Assembly: GCF_965240435.1 (NCBI RefSeq) | Contig: NZ_CBDEKO010000003.1 | Direction: 5' to 3' (one strand) | Origin: Moorena producens | GTDB lineage: Bacteria; Cyanobacteriota; Cyanobacteriia; Cyanobacteriales; Coleofasciculaceae | Length of the DNA stretch: 64,000 bases | Shown: positions 26,485 through 36,285 of the stretch, piece by piece | Layout of the letters: the number at the start of each line of letters is the position of its first letter | Numbering within the stretch: the first letter of the stretch is position 1 | Position numbers and translations under genes: made by a program | Notes under the pieces: model-generated | Database searches by the model: none | What the model was told of the DNA's origin: nothing | What the model saw: only the letters and a program-made list of their open reading frames with translations

Positions 26485-28593
26485 TTATGGTACCAAATAT
26501 ACTGATTGTGTTTCTGGGGAACCATCCACAGGGATAAGTTTTAGTTCATTTTCCTGACAAAGTTCCTTAATCCGTTGTTGAATTTCTATTTCTTTGAGCC
26601 GATTAAATTGACGGTGAGTAGTTTTAATTAAAACCTTAAGACCAATGACTTGGTCTTGTTTGAGGACATTTAACACAAATTCTTTAACCGGATTGAGGGG
26701 TACTTTATTGTCTGCTCTCGAAAGAATATTCAAATCCTTTAGTAAAGGACAATCCTGCAAAATTTCTGATTCTCGGATTAGACTCTTTAACTCTGTTAGT
26801 GTTATTGTTTTATCAGCAAGAACTAACTCTTGGGAACAAGCCTCATTAACTAAGCTATGATAAGTGGCTAAGTAATGGACAGAGGAGAGGTCTTCTAATT
26901 TGATGTGAATATGCCTAGAAGCCTTGAATAGTTGGCTGTATATTTTGTACCCTTTAGTATCACGTTTTAGGCTAATTTTTGTATGGCGAATCAGGTATAA
27001 GGTTTGGCAGCGATTGCCTTTTATAGCTTTATCACAGGCATTCATCAGATGATAGAAGCTGGTACCATTAGTAGTTTCTCCCCAGACTACTCCGATCCGT
27101 TCCTGGGATGATGGCAGCTGATAACTGAGGGAATGACTGGCACAACTACCTAACAATAATTTTGGTTTAATACCCCTAAGCTTCAGAGCTTCTAATGCCT
27201 CTGTTAACATCCCAATCAATTGCGATTCACCAATATCTTGGATTCGGGTAATTTCCTGCTCAGTCTTTTGAAATTCCTTCTGCCACTTTAATTTAAATGA
27301 GGCTAGGCGTTTGTCTTCTATTGGTATTGATTCGCCAGCGGTATCCTTTTTAGTAGTTGACTCAGTTTTTGATGGCTCTGAAATGCTAACTCTCTCGATA
27401 TCCTCACTAGTTAAGTCAATCCTTGATGGCTCTGAAATCTTAACTCCCTCGGTATCCTCACTAATTAAGTCAATCCTTGATAACTCTGACTTAACTACCT
27501 GAGTTTTATACCTTTGAATTAGCTGATTTCCCAGGCTTAAGGTCTTGCGGGGAATGGTTTTTTGACCAGGAAATTCTTCTTCGAGGTCTTGCCGAGTTAA
27601 AGGATAAATCGGTGAGGTTGGTTTTGGGTCAGCTTGCTGATGTAAGGGATAGAGTCTGCTTGCCCAGAGGGATTCGGCTTGCTCTAGGGTAATTTTTTTG
27701 AGCAGAATTTTAGGATTAAGTCTATCGAAATCAGCCGGTTGAAGTTTTTTCTTATTCCTTTGCCAGGTATCAGTGACTATGCTAATAATAATCAGAAAGT
27801 TGACACGGCGAGTATGAAGGGTAGAGTTGACATTAAACAGCGCTTGTAGATCCAGAGAACCATCGGGCAAACGAGGAATATTATCCAATTGGTCAAAACA
27901 CAGCACAATCGGCTTGGTGGATGAAGAAATTCTCCCGAAGTTGATTAAGATATTCTGAGCATCGTCTTCGTTATCTATAGAGCCTCTGACCCCAAGGGTT
28001 TTCAGGTCTTCTTCATCTAAATCTTCTCCCCTTAACCATTGATAAGCCAGGTGATATCTTTCTGGATTAGTGAGGTCATAGAGGACTCCAAAAAACTCTT
28101 TACTGCGATGAATTCCCCCTGGATAGCTAGCTCTGAGGTCACTAATAAACTGTTGTCGCTCATTCAGCAGCCAACCGTTTTTTTTAAAGGCTGGGAGACT
28201 CTTTAGCCACAGCAGCAACTGAGACTCTAGTTCCCCTTCTGGGATTTTTAGCATACTGTCAACGGTTTCCCTAAGGATATAGCGCCAGATGCGATCGCTA
28301 TTTGCCCAAGGACCGATATAAGCAAAGAAGGCTTGTTGATTGAGCTGCTGTTTGAGCCGTTTTAATAGATAACTTTTCCCCGAACCCGAATCACCAGCCA
28401 GTAAGATAGTGCGGGGTCGATGGTCTTGAGTCACCGCACTGAGGGTGGTGGTTATCTGATTGATTTCATGTTGATGAATCGAGTTGACATTAACAGCACC
28501 ATTGTCTGGATCTTCCCAAAAATTCCCCGTAGCAAAGGTCACGGGGTCAAAGGGATTTAGGGCTTGTTTAATTATTTCCTGGATCGTTGCCAT
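26485..28593 (-). CDS. P-loop NTPase (STAND/AAA_16-like) with C-terminal helical region and an internal ~20-aa tandem repeat
   Basis: Walker A RTILLAGDSGSGKSYLLKRL; Walker B-like PIVLCFDQLDNI about 150 aa downstream; repeat SELSRIDLISEDTEGVKISEPSRIDLTSEDIERVSISEPS (nt ~27310-27500). Start codon abuts a (GCTGATA) array. Confidence 0.7.
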   Translation of the reverse strand: MATIQEIIKQALNPFDPVTFATGNFWEDPDNGAVNVNSIHQHEINQITTTLSAVTQDHRPRTILLAGDSGSGKSYLLKRLKQQLNQQAFFAYIGPWANSDRIWRYILRETVDSMLKIPEGELESQLLLWLKSLPAFKKNGWLLNERQQFISDLRASYPGGIHRSKEFFGVLYDLTNPERYHLAYQWLRGEDLDEEDLKTLGVRGSIDNEDDAQNILINFGRISSSTKPIVLCFDQLDNIPRLPDGSLDLQALFNVNSTLHTRRVNFLIIISIVTDTWQRNKKKLQPADFDRLNPKILLKKITLEQAESLWASRLYPLHQQADPKPTSPIYPLTRQDLEEEFPGQKTIPRKTLSLGNQLIQRYKTQVVKSELSRIDLISEDTEGVKISEPSRIDLTSEDIERVSISEPSKTESTTKKDTAGESIPIEDKRLASFKLKWQKEFQKTEQEITRIQDIGESQLIGMLTEALEALKLRGIKPKLLLGSCASHSLSYQLPSSQERIGVVWGETTNGTSFYHLMNACDKAIKGNRCQTLYLIRHTKISLKRDTKGYKIYSQLFKASRHIHIKLEDLSSVHYLATYHSLVNEACSQELVLADKTITLTELKSLIRESEILQDCPLLKDLNILSRADNKVPLNPVKEFVLNVLKQDQVIGLKVLIKTTHRQFNRLKEIEIQQRIKELCQENELKLIPVDGSPETQSVYLVP

Positions 28594-28681
28594 CTCTTTA
28601 ATTCCATATATAGAGTGGACAAGGATAGAGGATTAACAATTGGGAAGCCTGGGCTTATAGTATCATACTTTGTATCATACT

Positions 28682-29593
28682 TTACTGCACCATAATGAAA
28701 AATAGCCTCCCCCCGGTATTTTGAGGAATACCAGCTTCAATTTGTTCCTCTGTATACATGTTTGCTTCTTGCAAAGCACTCAGATCAATTTTATCTTCTG
28801 CTTGCAAGCTATACAGTGCTTTATCCAATTCTTCCCTAGACAAAGGCGGTTGTAACTTTTGGCGCAAATGAAACAGTGGCAAATAGTTTTCTGTACCCAA
28901 TTCCTGGTCTAAATCCTTGATGATTTGTAATATTTCTTCATTATTATGGGGATTGACTAGAGCGGGAGTCGAATTTCCATCTGATTCTGAGATTGTACTG
29001 GTTGAGTTTGGCAGCTGTTTGCGCAGGAAATCGATGTAATCCGCTAGCATGGTTTTAGAAAGATTGATATTGCCACGACCAACGGGTTTATAATTATTTA
29101 AGAGGTACTCAATACCTGTTTCAGTAATCCAAACATCTTTGAATTTAGTTTCTGCGACTGTGATATAACCCCGTTCTATCAAACTGTCCATGATTTCCTT
29201 GCGGGTCTTAGCAGGCTTGACGTTTGTCTTGGCGGGAGTAGTCGGTTCTGTTTCACAGGCTTTTAGAATTTTGCGTTCTTTCGTGCTCATTGGTACTTCA
29301 GCCTGATCTTGGTTTAGAAGTTCCTTGCCTGCATCAGTGATCTGAATTTTGGTGATTTCTTGATTAGACTCAATCAAATTGCGATCGCATAATGCCTGAC
29401 AAATTCGATCTCGTTCACCCGCTGAGGTTTTAGAATTGGGTTTCGCTTCTGTAATCAATGCCCGATAATCCGGTTTGCTCAGTAGCTTCAGTAAAAATTT
29501 TAGTTGGCTGACTTCCAGTTCAATAGCTTCCATGTTGATTGTTGTTACCTCACGTTTGTTCAAGATTAACCTATCTCTATTCCCTATAACCAC
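28682..29593 (-). CDS. Hypothetical protein (303 aa), first gene of the three-gene minus-strand operon
   Basis: ORF with an 88-bp gap to the NTPase gene; no motif recognised. Alternative start at MEAIELEV. Confidence 0.5.
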   Translation of the reverse strand: MVIGNRDRLILNKREVTTINMEAIELEVSQLKFLLKLLSKPDYRALITEAKPNSKTSAGERDRICQALCDRNLIESNQEITKIQITDAGKELLNQDQAEVPMSTKERKILKACETEPTTPAKTNVKPAKTRKEIMDSLIERGYITVAETKFKDVWITETGIEYLLNNYKPVGRGNINLSKTMLADYIDFLRKQLPNSTSTISESDGNSTPALVNPHNNEEILQIIKDLDQELGTENYLPLFHLRQKLQPPLSREELDKALYSLQAEDKIDLSALQEANMYTEEQIEAGIPQNTGGRLFFIMVQ

Positions 29594-30232
29594 GTAGTAG
29601 TTAAAGATTTTCGCAATAGATTCTACTGTCAGCCCTCAGCGGACGGGCGCTGAGCCCTCAACTATTAGCTCTGAGCAGAATTATTATTATATAAGCCTTT
29701 CGGTACTTTTCAATAGTATCTTTATTTCCGTGGTGCCTTACTAGGCTCAATCCTTACCGATATTAGACTTATCTCAAGTCTGGTTAAATACCCATAATTA
29801 AGGGTGGGCGGGGATGGTAGGGAGGCGCTAGAGGTCTGGGGAGATAGGGAGATGGGGAGATAGGGAAATTTTTATTAAGAGTAATTATCGTAAGATAATA
29901 TTAGCTGAAGGTCGCGACTAGATGGGTATTCAGGGAAAACCCTCAAAACGCTGATACCCGAAATGCTGATAGCTGACGACCGAAGCGAAACCATTCAGCT
30001 ATCAGCCCTCAGCATTACCTCACAGGCATTAAGCCTGTGCCACAAAGCATCTCAAGTAGCGTGGTCCAAAGGCCAAGACTGATAGCTGAACGCGCACGCG
30101 TGTGCGTAGCACATAAGCTGAATGCTTAGCTACAGTCAATTTTCTTACCCCTACTCCCGTCTTGATGCAAAGCGCGAGTGGGGGAAACCCCCTGTTCCCT
30201 TGCTGCATCGCTACTCCCTATTCCCTATTCCC

Positions 30233-30430
30233 CTAATAACGTCGAGTTTTCTGAACCCCGTAAACTAGTCCTGTACCAATCGATAACAAGATCAATAGCC
30301 ACAGGATACCACCAGGAAGAAAGGTAAGAATACCAAAACCTCTGAGCAAGTAAACCATAACGGTGATAGCGAGAAGAGCCCCAAAAAAGTAGGCAATTAT
30401 TAAAGTTTCAGATTGAGAAGGGGAACTCAT
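30233..30430 (-). CDS. Hypothetical small membrane protein (65 aa, two predicted TM helices)
   Basis: Hydrophobic stretches IIAYFFGALLAITVMVYLL and ILWLLILLSIGTGLVYGV. Confidence 0.3.
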   Translation of the reverse strand: MSSPSQSETLIIAYFFGALLAITVMVYLLRGFGILTFLPGGILWLLILLSIGTGLVYGVQKTRRY

Positions 30431-30466
30431 ATAGTATTTTTAGTTTAGTTGTGAACAGATCACGAA

Positions 30467-30566
30467 AGGCAAGAGGCAAGAGGCAAGAGGCAAGAGTTAA
30501 AAAAAACTGTGTACCTCAGGTGCGACCCCTAAGGAAAGGCAAGAGGCAGAGGCAAAAGGCAAGAGT
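30467..30566. repeat. Octamer arrays (GGCAAGAG)n, split by a GTGTACCTCAGGTGCGACC motif
   Basis: Direct read; inverted counterpart (CCTCTTGC)n at 31640-31680 and (GCCTTTT)n at 30700-30732. Confidence 0.85.
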
Positions 30567-30781
30567 CAATCAAGTATAGAATGATTTTGGCCGACTGCAT
30601 CGCTTTTTCCAATTCATTTATAAATGCTAAGGGCGTTTGTCGCAGTTATGAGGTACACTCTTCTTTGAAGATGATTCCCTTAAAATCTTCATTAGTCTTG
30701 CCTTTTGCCTTTTGCCTTTTGCCTTTTGCCTTAAAAGTATCAGATTTTTACTCATGGCAATTAGACTGGCTAGATCAATAA

Positions 30782-31435
30782 TCAACGGTCGTTAAAATTG
30801 CTAAACATAGAGTTGGCTAAAATGGCAGCTTGAGTGCGATCGCGTACATTCAACCGACTCAATATATGAGTAACGTGGTTTTTGACGGTCTTCTCAGAAA
30901 TATACAACGTCTGAGCAATCTCTCGGTTGCTAGCACCGGTAGCAATTAGCCGTAAAATCTCCTGCTCTCTAGGAGTTAGTTCATCCCAACCCGGAGGTGG
31001 ACTTGGAGTTGGGTCTCGCATTTGAGTAGCGACTTTTTTGCCTATACCAGGACCTAACTGAGTATACCCTTTTTGCACCGCTCGAATTGACTGGGCTAAT
31101 TCTTCGGGAGGGGTATCCTTCAGCAAATATCCGGCTGCTCCGCACTGTATGGCTTGGGTAACGTACTGGTCATCATCAAAGGTAGTTAGTACTAATACCT
31201 TTGTATCCGGGAATTGCTGACAAATTTCCCGAGTTGCAGCGACGCCATCCATGACAGGCATCCGAATATCCATCAGTATAACATCTGGCTGTAACGTTTT
31301 TACCAGACTAATTGCCGTTTGTCCATTCTCGGCTTCACCGACTACCTGTAAGTCTTCTTCTAACTTCAGCAAGGCTTTTAATCCACGCCGAATTAGACTT
31401 TGGTCATCTACGAGTAAAATACGAATCATCATCAA
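30782..31435 (-). CDS. Two-component response regulator, NarL/LuxR family (REC + LuxR-type HTH)
   Basis: ILLVDDQSLIRRGL...DVILMDIRMP receiver. C-terminal LTPREQEILRLIATGASNREIAQTLYISEKTVKNHVTHILSRL. Confidence 0.9.
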   Translation of the reverse strand: MMMIRILLVDDQSLIRRGLKALLKLEEDLQVVGEAENGQTAISLVKTLQPDVILMDIRMPVMDGVAATREICQQFPDTKVLVLTTFDDDQYVTQAIQCGAAGYLLKDTPPEELAQSIRAVQKGYTQLGPGIGKKVATQMRDPTPSPPPGWDELTPREQEILRLIATGASNREIAQTLYISEKTVKNHVTHILSRLNVRDRTQAAILANSMFSNFNDR

Positions 31436-31476
31436 GGATGAATTATATAATAGTTGTCAATTCGGTCTTATTTTTA

Positions 31477-31538
31477 GGGAGTCGGGAGTCGGGAGTCGGG
31501 AGTCGGGAGTCGGGAGTCGGGAATAGGGAGTAGGGAAC
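31477..31538. repeat. Heptamer array (GGGAGTC)7 plus GGGAATA/GGGAGTA
   Basis: Direct read. Confidence 0.9.
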
Positions 31539-31725
31539 AAAAATCATCACAATGCGTCTCTAATTTCTAGATAAGCGCGTTGGTATTTGAGCTCTAAACC
31601 TGTATGATATTTTTTTTTGGGACAATAAAACTCCTGATATATTTTACCTCTTGCCTCTTGCCTCTTGCCTCTTGCCTTTTCCTGCCATACCTGTGTTCAC
31701 AACCGATGATACAAACGCGCTTAGC

Positions 31726-32997
31726 TTAAACCTTTGGTAAAGGAAAATGAGCAATAATTTTGCAGCCAGCTCCTGGTGCTGTCTCAATTTTAAAGGTTCC
31801 TCCTAAGGCTTGGGTGCGTTCTCGCATTCCTTGTAAACCAAAACCGGTTGTGTTCTGGTTTAGGGAAAATCCAATACCATTGTCTTTAATAATTAATTGT
31901 AAATCTGTTGCTGTCTTAATTTGGATGTATACTTCAGTAGGTTTAGCATATTTAAAGATATTTGTCAATCCTTCTTGGACAATACGGTAAACTGCGATTT
32001 TGATGTCAGCAGGGATTGAACGCTTTAAGTTAAGATGGCATGAAGGTGAGATAGCTGTGGACTTTTGGAAGTCCTCGATTAGGGATGCGATCGCATTTTC
32101 TAGAGATTGCTCTTGTAACGGACTTAAACGCAAGGAAGCAACGGATTGACGTACATCCTTCAGAGCAGTTTTCCCAAGTTGTTTCGCTTCTAAGATAAAT
32201 TCTTTGGCTTCAGCCGGGTCAGATTGTAATAGTCTTAAAGCCGCTTCCAGGTGTAAATTAAATACCGTTAAAGAATGTCCTAAGGAGTCATGAATTTCCC
32301 GAGCAATACGGTTTCGTTCTTGCAGCGTAGCAATATCTTCAATCCGGAGGGCATATTGACGCAGTTGAGCATTAGCCTTAGCCAGCTCTTCCCGACTTTT
32401 TCGTTCTGATAGTACAGCATCCACTAATAGCTGTAAAACGATTAAGACCAATACAAATATAAAGACAGAAGTCAATAAGATAAATAGTAATCGCTCCGGA
32501 ATCAACCCTGTTGGTGGTGCTCTGAAAACAGGAGGTGGTCTAAAGGGAGGACGATGCCTCAGACCATGATGCTGAAATCGCACCATTTGCTTCATTAGAA
32601 ATAATATAACCGCAAATCCAGTCATCATTAAGCGACCTTGGAACTCGAAGATAAAACAGTTGCGAACAACTAATATAATTAACATCAGTTGCAACAGCCG
32701 AATATGTCCCACTATGGATGCTAAAACAATTACCCCAATTTCGGCAGCGCTGTAAAGTATCTTATAAATAGGCTTATTTGTTGGTAATCTCAATCCCATT
32801 AACCCAAATACTGCCAGGCAAACTAGATTGAGTAGTGGAGACCTAGGTAGCATGGGAAAGGGAAGTTTTAGTAATTCCACCAAAGCGGTAATAATCAGCA
32901 GTATCCACTCCAGGTAGAGCAAAAATCGAATGGGGTGGTTAGTAATTTGAATCGGATGGCGCATTAACGATTGTTGTAAACAACCAATAACAAACAA
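31726..32997 (-). CDS. Sensor histidine kinase (HisKA_3/NarX-type) with multi-TM N-terminal domain
   Basis: H-box REIHDSLGHSLT; HATPase_c motifs KDNGIGF, GFGLQGMRERTQALGG; N-terminal hydrophobic helices. Confidence 0.9.
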   Translation of the reverse strand: MFVIGCLQQSLMRHPIQITNHPIRFLLYLEWILLIITALVELLKLPFPMLPRSPLLNLVCLAVFGLMGLRLPTNKPIYKILYSAAEIGVIVLASIVGHIRLLQLMLIILVVRNCFIFEFQGRLMMTGFAVILFLMKQMVRFQHHGLRHRPPFRPPPVFRAPPTGLIPERLLFILLTSVFIFVLVLIVLQLLVDAVLSERKSREELAKANAQLRQYALRIEDIATLQERNRIAREIHDSLGHSLTVFNLHLEAALRLLQSDPAEAKEFILEAKQLGKTALKDVRQSVASLRLSPLQEQSLENAIASLIEDFQKSTAISPSCHLNLKRSIPADIKIAVYRIVQEGLTNIFKYAKPTEVYIQIKTATDLQLIIKDNGIGFSLNQNTTGFGLQGMRERTQALGGTFKIETAPGAGCKIIAHFPLPKV

Positions 32998-33177
32998 CCA
33001 ATAACCTTAATCCATGTGTCAAAGGTAATGCAAGACCCATTGGTCATCTCTAGCCCAGGACTAAAGTCCTAGAGGAATTCAGGTCTTTTGCCTCATGTGG
33101 TTTCGCACTCCCCGTTTTTAGGATAGAGACATCAAACAGAAATCAGCTCACTTCCAAACAGTTAGAAAGAAAGACAA

Positions 33178-33606
33178 GTGAACATCATGAACATCAAACG
33201 CTTTTCTCTACTGGCAGGTATCGCAGCAATTACCCTCACTAGTTTTCCCATGGCAGTTAATGCCCAAGAACTTCCTCCATTTTTATCTAATCTGAACATC
33301 ACTGACCAGCAAAAAGAGCAGTTTGAGGACATCATTAACAATACTGACTCCAAAATTGAGGATATTCTCACTCCCGATCAACAACGGCGCTTTGAAACTA
33401 TAAAAGTGCTCCGCCGTCAACTGCGAGACGCAAGGGAGGGTCTGAATCTCTCTGAAGAGCAGTTAAAGCAAATGCAAGACATTAACAGGTCAGCACGATA
33501 TGAGATGAGGGGTATTCTCACCGAGGAACAGCGCCAACAAATTCGTCAAGAAATAGGAGCATTTCGAGGTAAAGGCCCATTGAGACGGAGATTTTTCCAG
33601 AACTAG
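33178..33606 (+). CDS. Periplasmic LTXXQ-motif protein (Spy/CpxP-like) with signal peptide
   Basis: Signal MNIMNIKRFSLLAGIAAITLTSFPMAVNAQE; repeated LTPDQQ / LSEEQL / LTEEQRQQ motifs. Confidence 0.6.
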   Translation: MNIMNIKRFSLLAGIAAITLTSFPMAVNAQELPPFLSNLNITDQQKEQFEDIINNTDSKIEDILTPDQQRRFETIKVLRRQLRDAREGLNLSEEQLKQMQDINRSARYEMRGILTEEQRQQIRQEIGAFRGKGPLRRRFFQN

Positions 33607-33619
33607 ATTATCTCTTGGA

Positions 33620-33840
33620 ATATAGCAATTCTACGACTTTTGAGGTAGAAATATCTGGGTTTTAGGGAGCAGGGAGCAGGGAGCAGGGAGCAGGGAGCAG
33701 GGAGCAGGGAGCAGGGAGCAGGGAGCAGGGAGCAGGGAGCAGGGAGCAGGGAGCAGGGAGCAGGAAGCAGGGAGCAGGTAAGAGTGAAGAGTGAAGAGGG
33801 CAAAAATAATGTGTACCTCATAGCTACGATAAACGCTATA
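33620..33840. mobile_element. MITE (GTGAGGTACAC-end family, inverted orientation) carrying an 18-unit (CAGGGAG) heptamer array (33664-33777)
   Basis: tatagcaattctacgacttttgaggtagaaatatctgggttttagggag(cagggag)n...aataatgtgtacctcatagctacgataaacgctata. Confidence 0.65.
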
Positions 33841-34440
33841 CAAATTACTAACTCTCTTCATCTAACTTATTAAAGGTGCCCTTGACCTATTAATAATTCA
33901 AATCGCCACTGGTGGCACCTAATTGTTAAGTGTTAATTGACAAACTATTAACACTTAACAAGTTTTTTTTTATCACCAATTATCCGAACATAATATAGCA
34001 ATTCTATATCCCATAAGGTAAAACTTGATCACCCTAAATCTCTCACGGGGTGACAGTGAACTGACAAAGCAGAGCCGGTAAGGGTTATAGCAGAGCAGGG
34101 CTGTTTAATTCTGGCCAAAAATAGATAGAGATAGGGAGATGGGGATAATTTTGAACGAATATTCGGGATTTTTTGAAAATTTATTGAACCATCCTCGAAG
34201 GCAGTTAACCAATTGTTAGTCATTGGAATTATTATTGCTGCGCTAATGCAATAGTTTTTTGGAAACTCTCAACTGAGGTGCTTTGACGAGGTGCTTTGAC
34301 TAAAATGCGATTAGCCCGAAGGGCGTTGGCTAGCGATCGCACTACTACACCTAGTAATTAATACCTAAAATGTCATTTCTTGCATCTTCCCCAAAATTCT
34401 GTTAAATTAACAGTCTCGTTAACGCAATGGTTAACTAGCC

Positions 34441-34794
34441 ATGATGATTTCTACCGCACAAGCCGCTGATTTACTAGGTGTTTCCCCCACTCGCGTCCGT
34501 TACCTTCTCAGCAAAGGCAGAGTTAAAGGAGCCTATAAAGTCGGTAGAACTTGGGTGATTCCTCTGTTTGATGGCATGCCAGTAGTCACTCCCGGCACTC
34601 GCGGTCCCAAGCGGAACTGGTCAAAGCGCAGAGACCAATTACTAAACCTTAGCAAACCTGCTCAAATCGGGGTTTACCTGAGTCTTCAGATTGGTCAAGC
34701 TCACCAAATGGTAAACGCTATCAATGTCAAGATACCCTGGGGTGCGAGCCAGCTCCAGGCTCTATCGCTTCTGATTAAACAGGTGATGAGTTAA
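34441..34794 (+). CDS. Helix-turn-helix (excisionase/HTH_17-like) DNA-binding protein upstream of iscB
   Basis: AADLLGVSPTRVRYLLSKGRVKGAYKVGRTWVIP motif. The ORF lies where an IscB omega-RNA would be expected, so its reality is uncertain. Confidence 0.4.
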   Translation: MMISTAQAADLLGVSPTRVRYLLSKGRVKGAYKVGRTWVIPLFDGMPVVTPGTRGPKRNWSKRRDQLLNLSKPAQIGVYLSLQIGQAHQMVNAINVKIPWGASQLQALSLLIKQVMS

Positions 34795-34882
34795 TTTTAG
34801 TGAAGCCAGTGTCAGGAGCATGCACAAGCTTTGATAGCCGAGCGAGGCACACTTTACCCTCAACGGGAGTAAACACAAAACC
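34600..34882 (+). ncRNA. Predicted IscB omega-RNA region (upstream of iscB)
   Basis: Inferred from the known IscB locus layout only. Confidence 0.2.
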
Positions 34883-36160
34883 ATGTGTAATTACGTCTTT
34901 GTTTTAGATGCAAACCATAAACCCCTCAACCCCTGCCGTCCCGTTACCGCCAGGAAGCTGTTAACGGCTGGTAAGGCGGCTGTATATCGCCGTTACCCTT
35001 TTACGATCATCTTGAAAAAGCAGGTAGAGGCCGAACCCAAACCGATGTCTGTCAAGATCGATCCTGGCTCCAAGATGACTGGTCTAGCTATTGTGTACGG
35101 GAATCAGGTGGTATGGTCAGCTGAAATCGAACATCGTGGCTCCAAAATCAAATCAGCTCTTGACTCTCGTCGGGCAGTGCGTCGTTCCCGTAGAAACAGG
35201 AAATGCCGCTATCGAAAGCCACGTTTCAACAACCGGAAACGCCCAGAAGGTTGGTTGGCTCCGAGCCTACAGCACAGAGTGGCAACCACTATGACCTGGG
35301 TGCTGAGATTAATTAAACTCACCCCCATTGGTTCGATATCCCAGGAGCTAGTTCGGTTTGATACCCAAAAGCTGCAAAATCCGGAAATCTCTGGCATAGA
35401 GTACCAACAGGGGGAGCTGATGGGCTATGAAGTGCGGGAGTACTTGTATCAGAAATGGGATCGTCAATGTGTTTACTGTGGGGCACACTCGGTCAAGCTA
35501 GAGATCGAACACATAGTTCCCAAATCAAAGGGAGGAACCAATCGTGTCAGTAATTTAACCCTAGCCTGCCATCGGTGTAATCAGGCCAAAGGAAATCTTA
35601 ATGCTCAGGATTTTTTATTGGGGAAACCCGATGTCCTAAAGCGAATTTTAGCTAGAGCAAAGCAACCACTATTAGATGCAGCGGCGGTCAACTCCACCCG
35701 TTGGAAACTTTACCAAAGCTTGAAAAAAACTGGATTGTCCGTAGAGGTAGGAACTGGGGGCAGAACCAAGTACAACCGTATCAAGCTGGGATTACCCAAG
35801 AGTCACTGGATTGATGCCGCCTGTGTCGGGGAAGTGGCCACATTGGAGATTGTCACCAGACAACCTCTTTTAATCAAAGCGATGGGTCACGGTTGTCGTC
35901 AGGTAATCCAGATCGACAAATACGGCTTTCCTCGCAAAGGGTATAAACCCAAGCATCCTGTCAAGGGATGGAAAACCGGGGATATCGTTAATGTGGTAGC
36001 TGGGAAGAATGCTGGATTAAAAGGGGTTCGCATCAAGACCGTCAGAGCCAAAGGAAATTTTGATCTGATCGGGGCTGATCAGGATTCGTCCAACAAGGTC
36101 TTGAGCGCCGATACGCAACTACATTCAATGTGTCCATCGCCAGGATGGGTATTATTATAG
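34883..36160 (+). CDS. iscB: IscB: RRXRR-domain HNH endonuclease with split RuvC (IS200/IS605-associated ancestor of Cas9)
   Basis: N-terminal PLMP-like VFVLDANHKPLNPCRPVTARKLL..GKAAVYRRYPFTI; RuvC-I KIDPGSKMTGLA; Arg-rich bridge RRAVRRSRRNRKCRYRKPRFNNR; HNH CVYCGAHSVKLEIEHIVPKSKGGTNRVSNLTLACHRCNQAKGN. Confidence 0.85.
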   Translation: MCNYVFVLDANHKPLNPCRPVTARKLLTAGKAAVYRRYPFTIILKKQVEAEPKPMSVKIDPGSKMTGLAIVYGNQVVWSAEIEHRGSKIKSALDSRRAVRRSRRNRKCRYRKPRFNNRKRPEGWLAPSLQHRVATTMTWVLRLIKLTPIGSISQELVRFDTQKLQNPEISGIEYQQGELMGYEVREYLYQKWDRQCVYCGAHSVKLEIEHIVPKSKGGTNRVSNLTLACHRCNQAKGNLNAQDFLLGKPDVLKRILARAKQPLLDAAAVNSTRWKLYQSLKKTGLSVEVGTGGRTKYNRIKLGLPKSHWIDAACVGEVATLEIVTRQPLLIKAMGHGCRQVIQIDKYGFPRKGYKPKHPVKGWKTGDIVNVVAGKNAGLKGVRIKTVRAKGNFDLIGADQDSSNKVLSADTQLHSMCPSPGWVLL

Positions 36161-36285
36161 TTTTGCTAAATGATAAGTAACTTTGATGAGCTTTTTTGTA
36201 GGAGCAAGGGTGTGGATTGAGACTATCTCTGATTTTCAAGTTATTTGAGCTATACAAACATCATCACTGCTATTCTAAAGACTAA

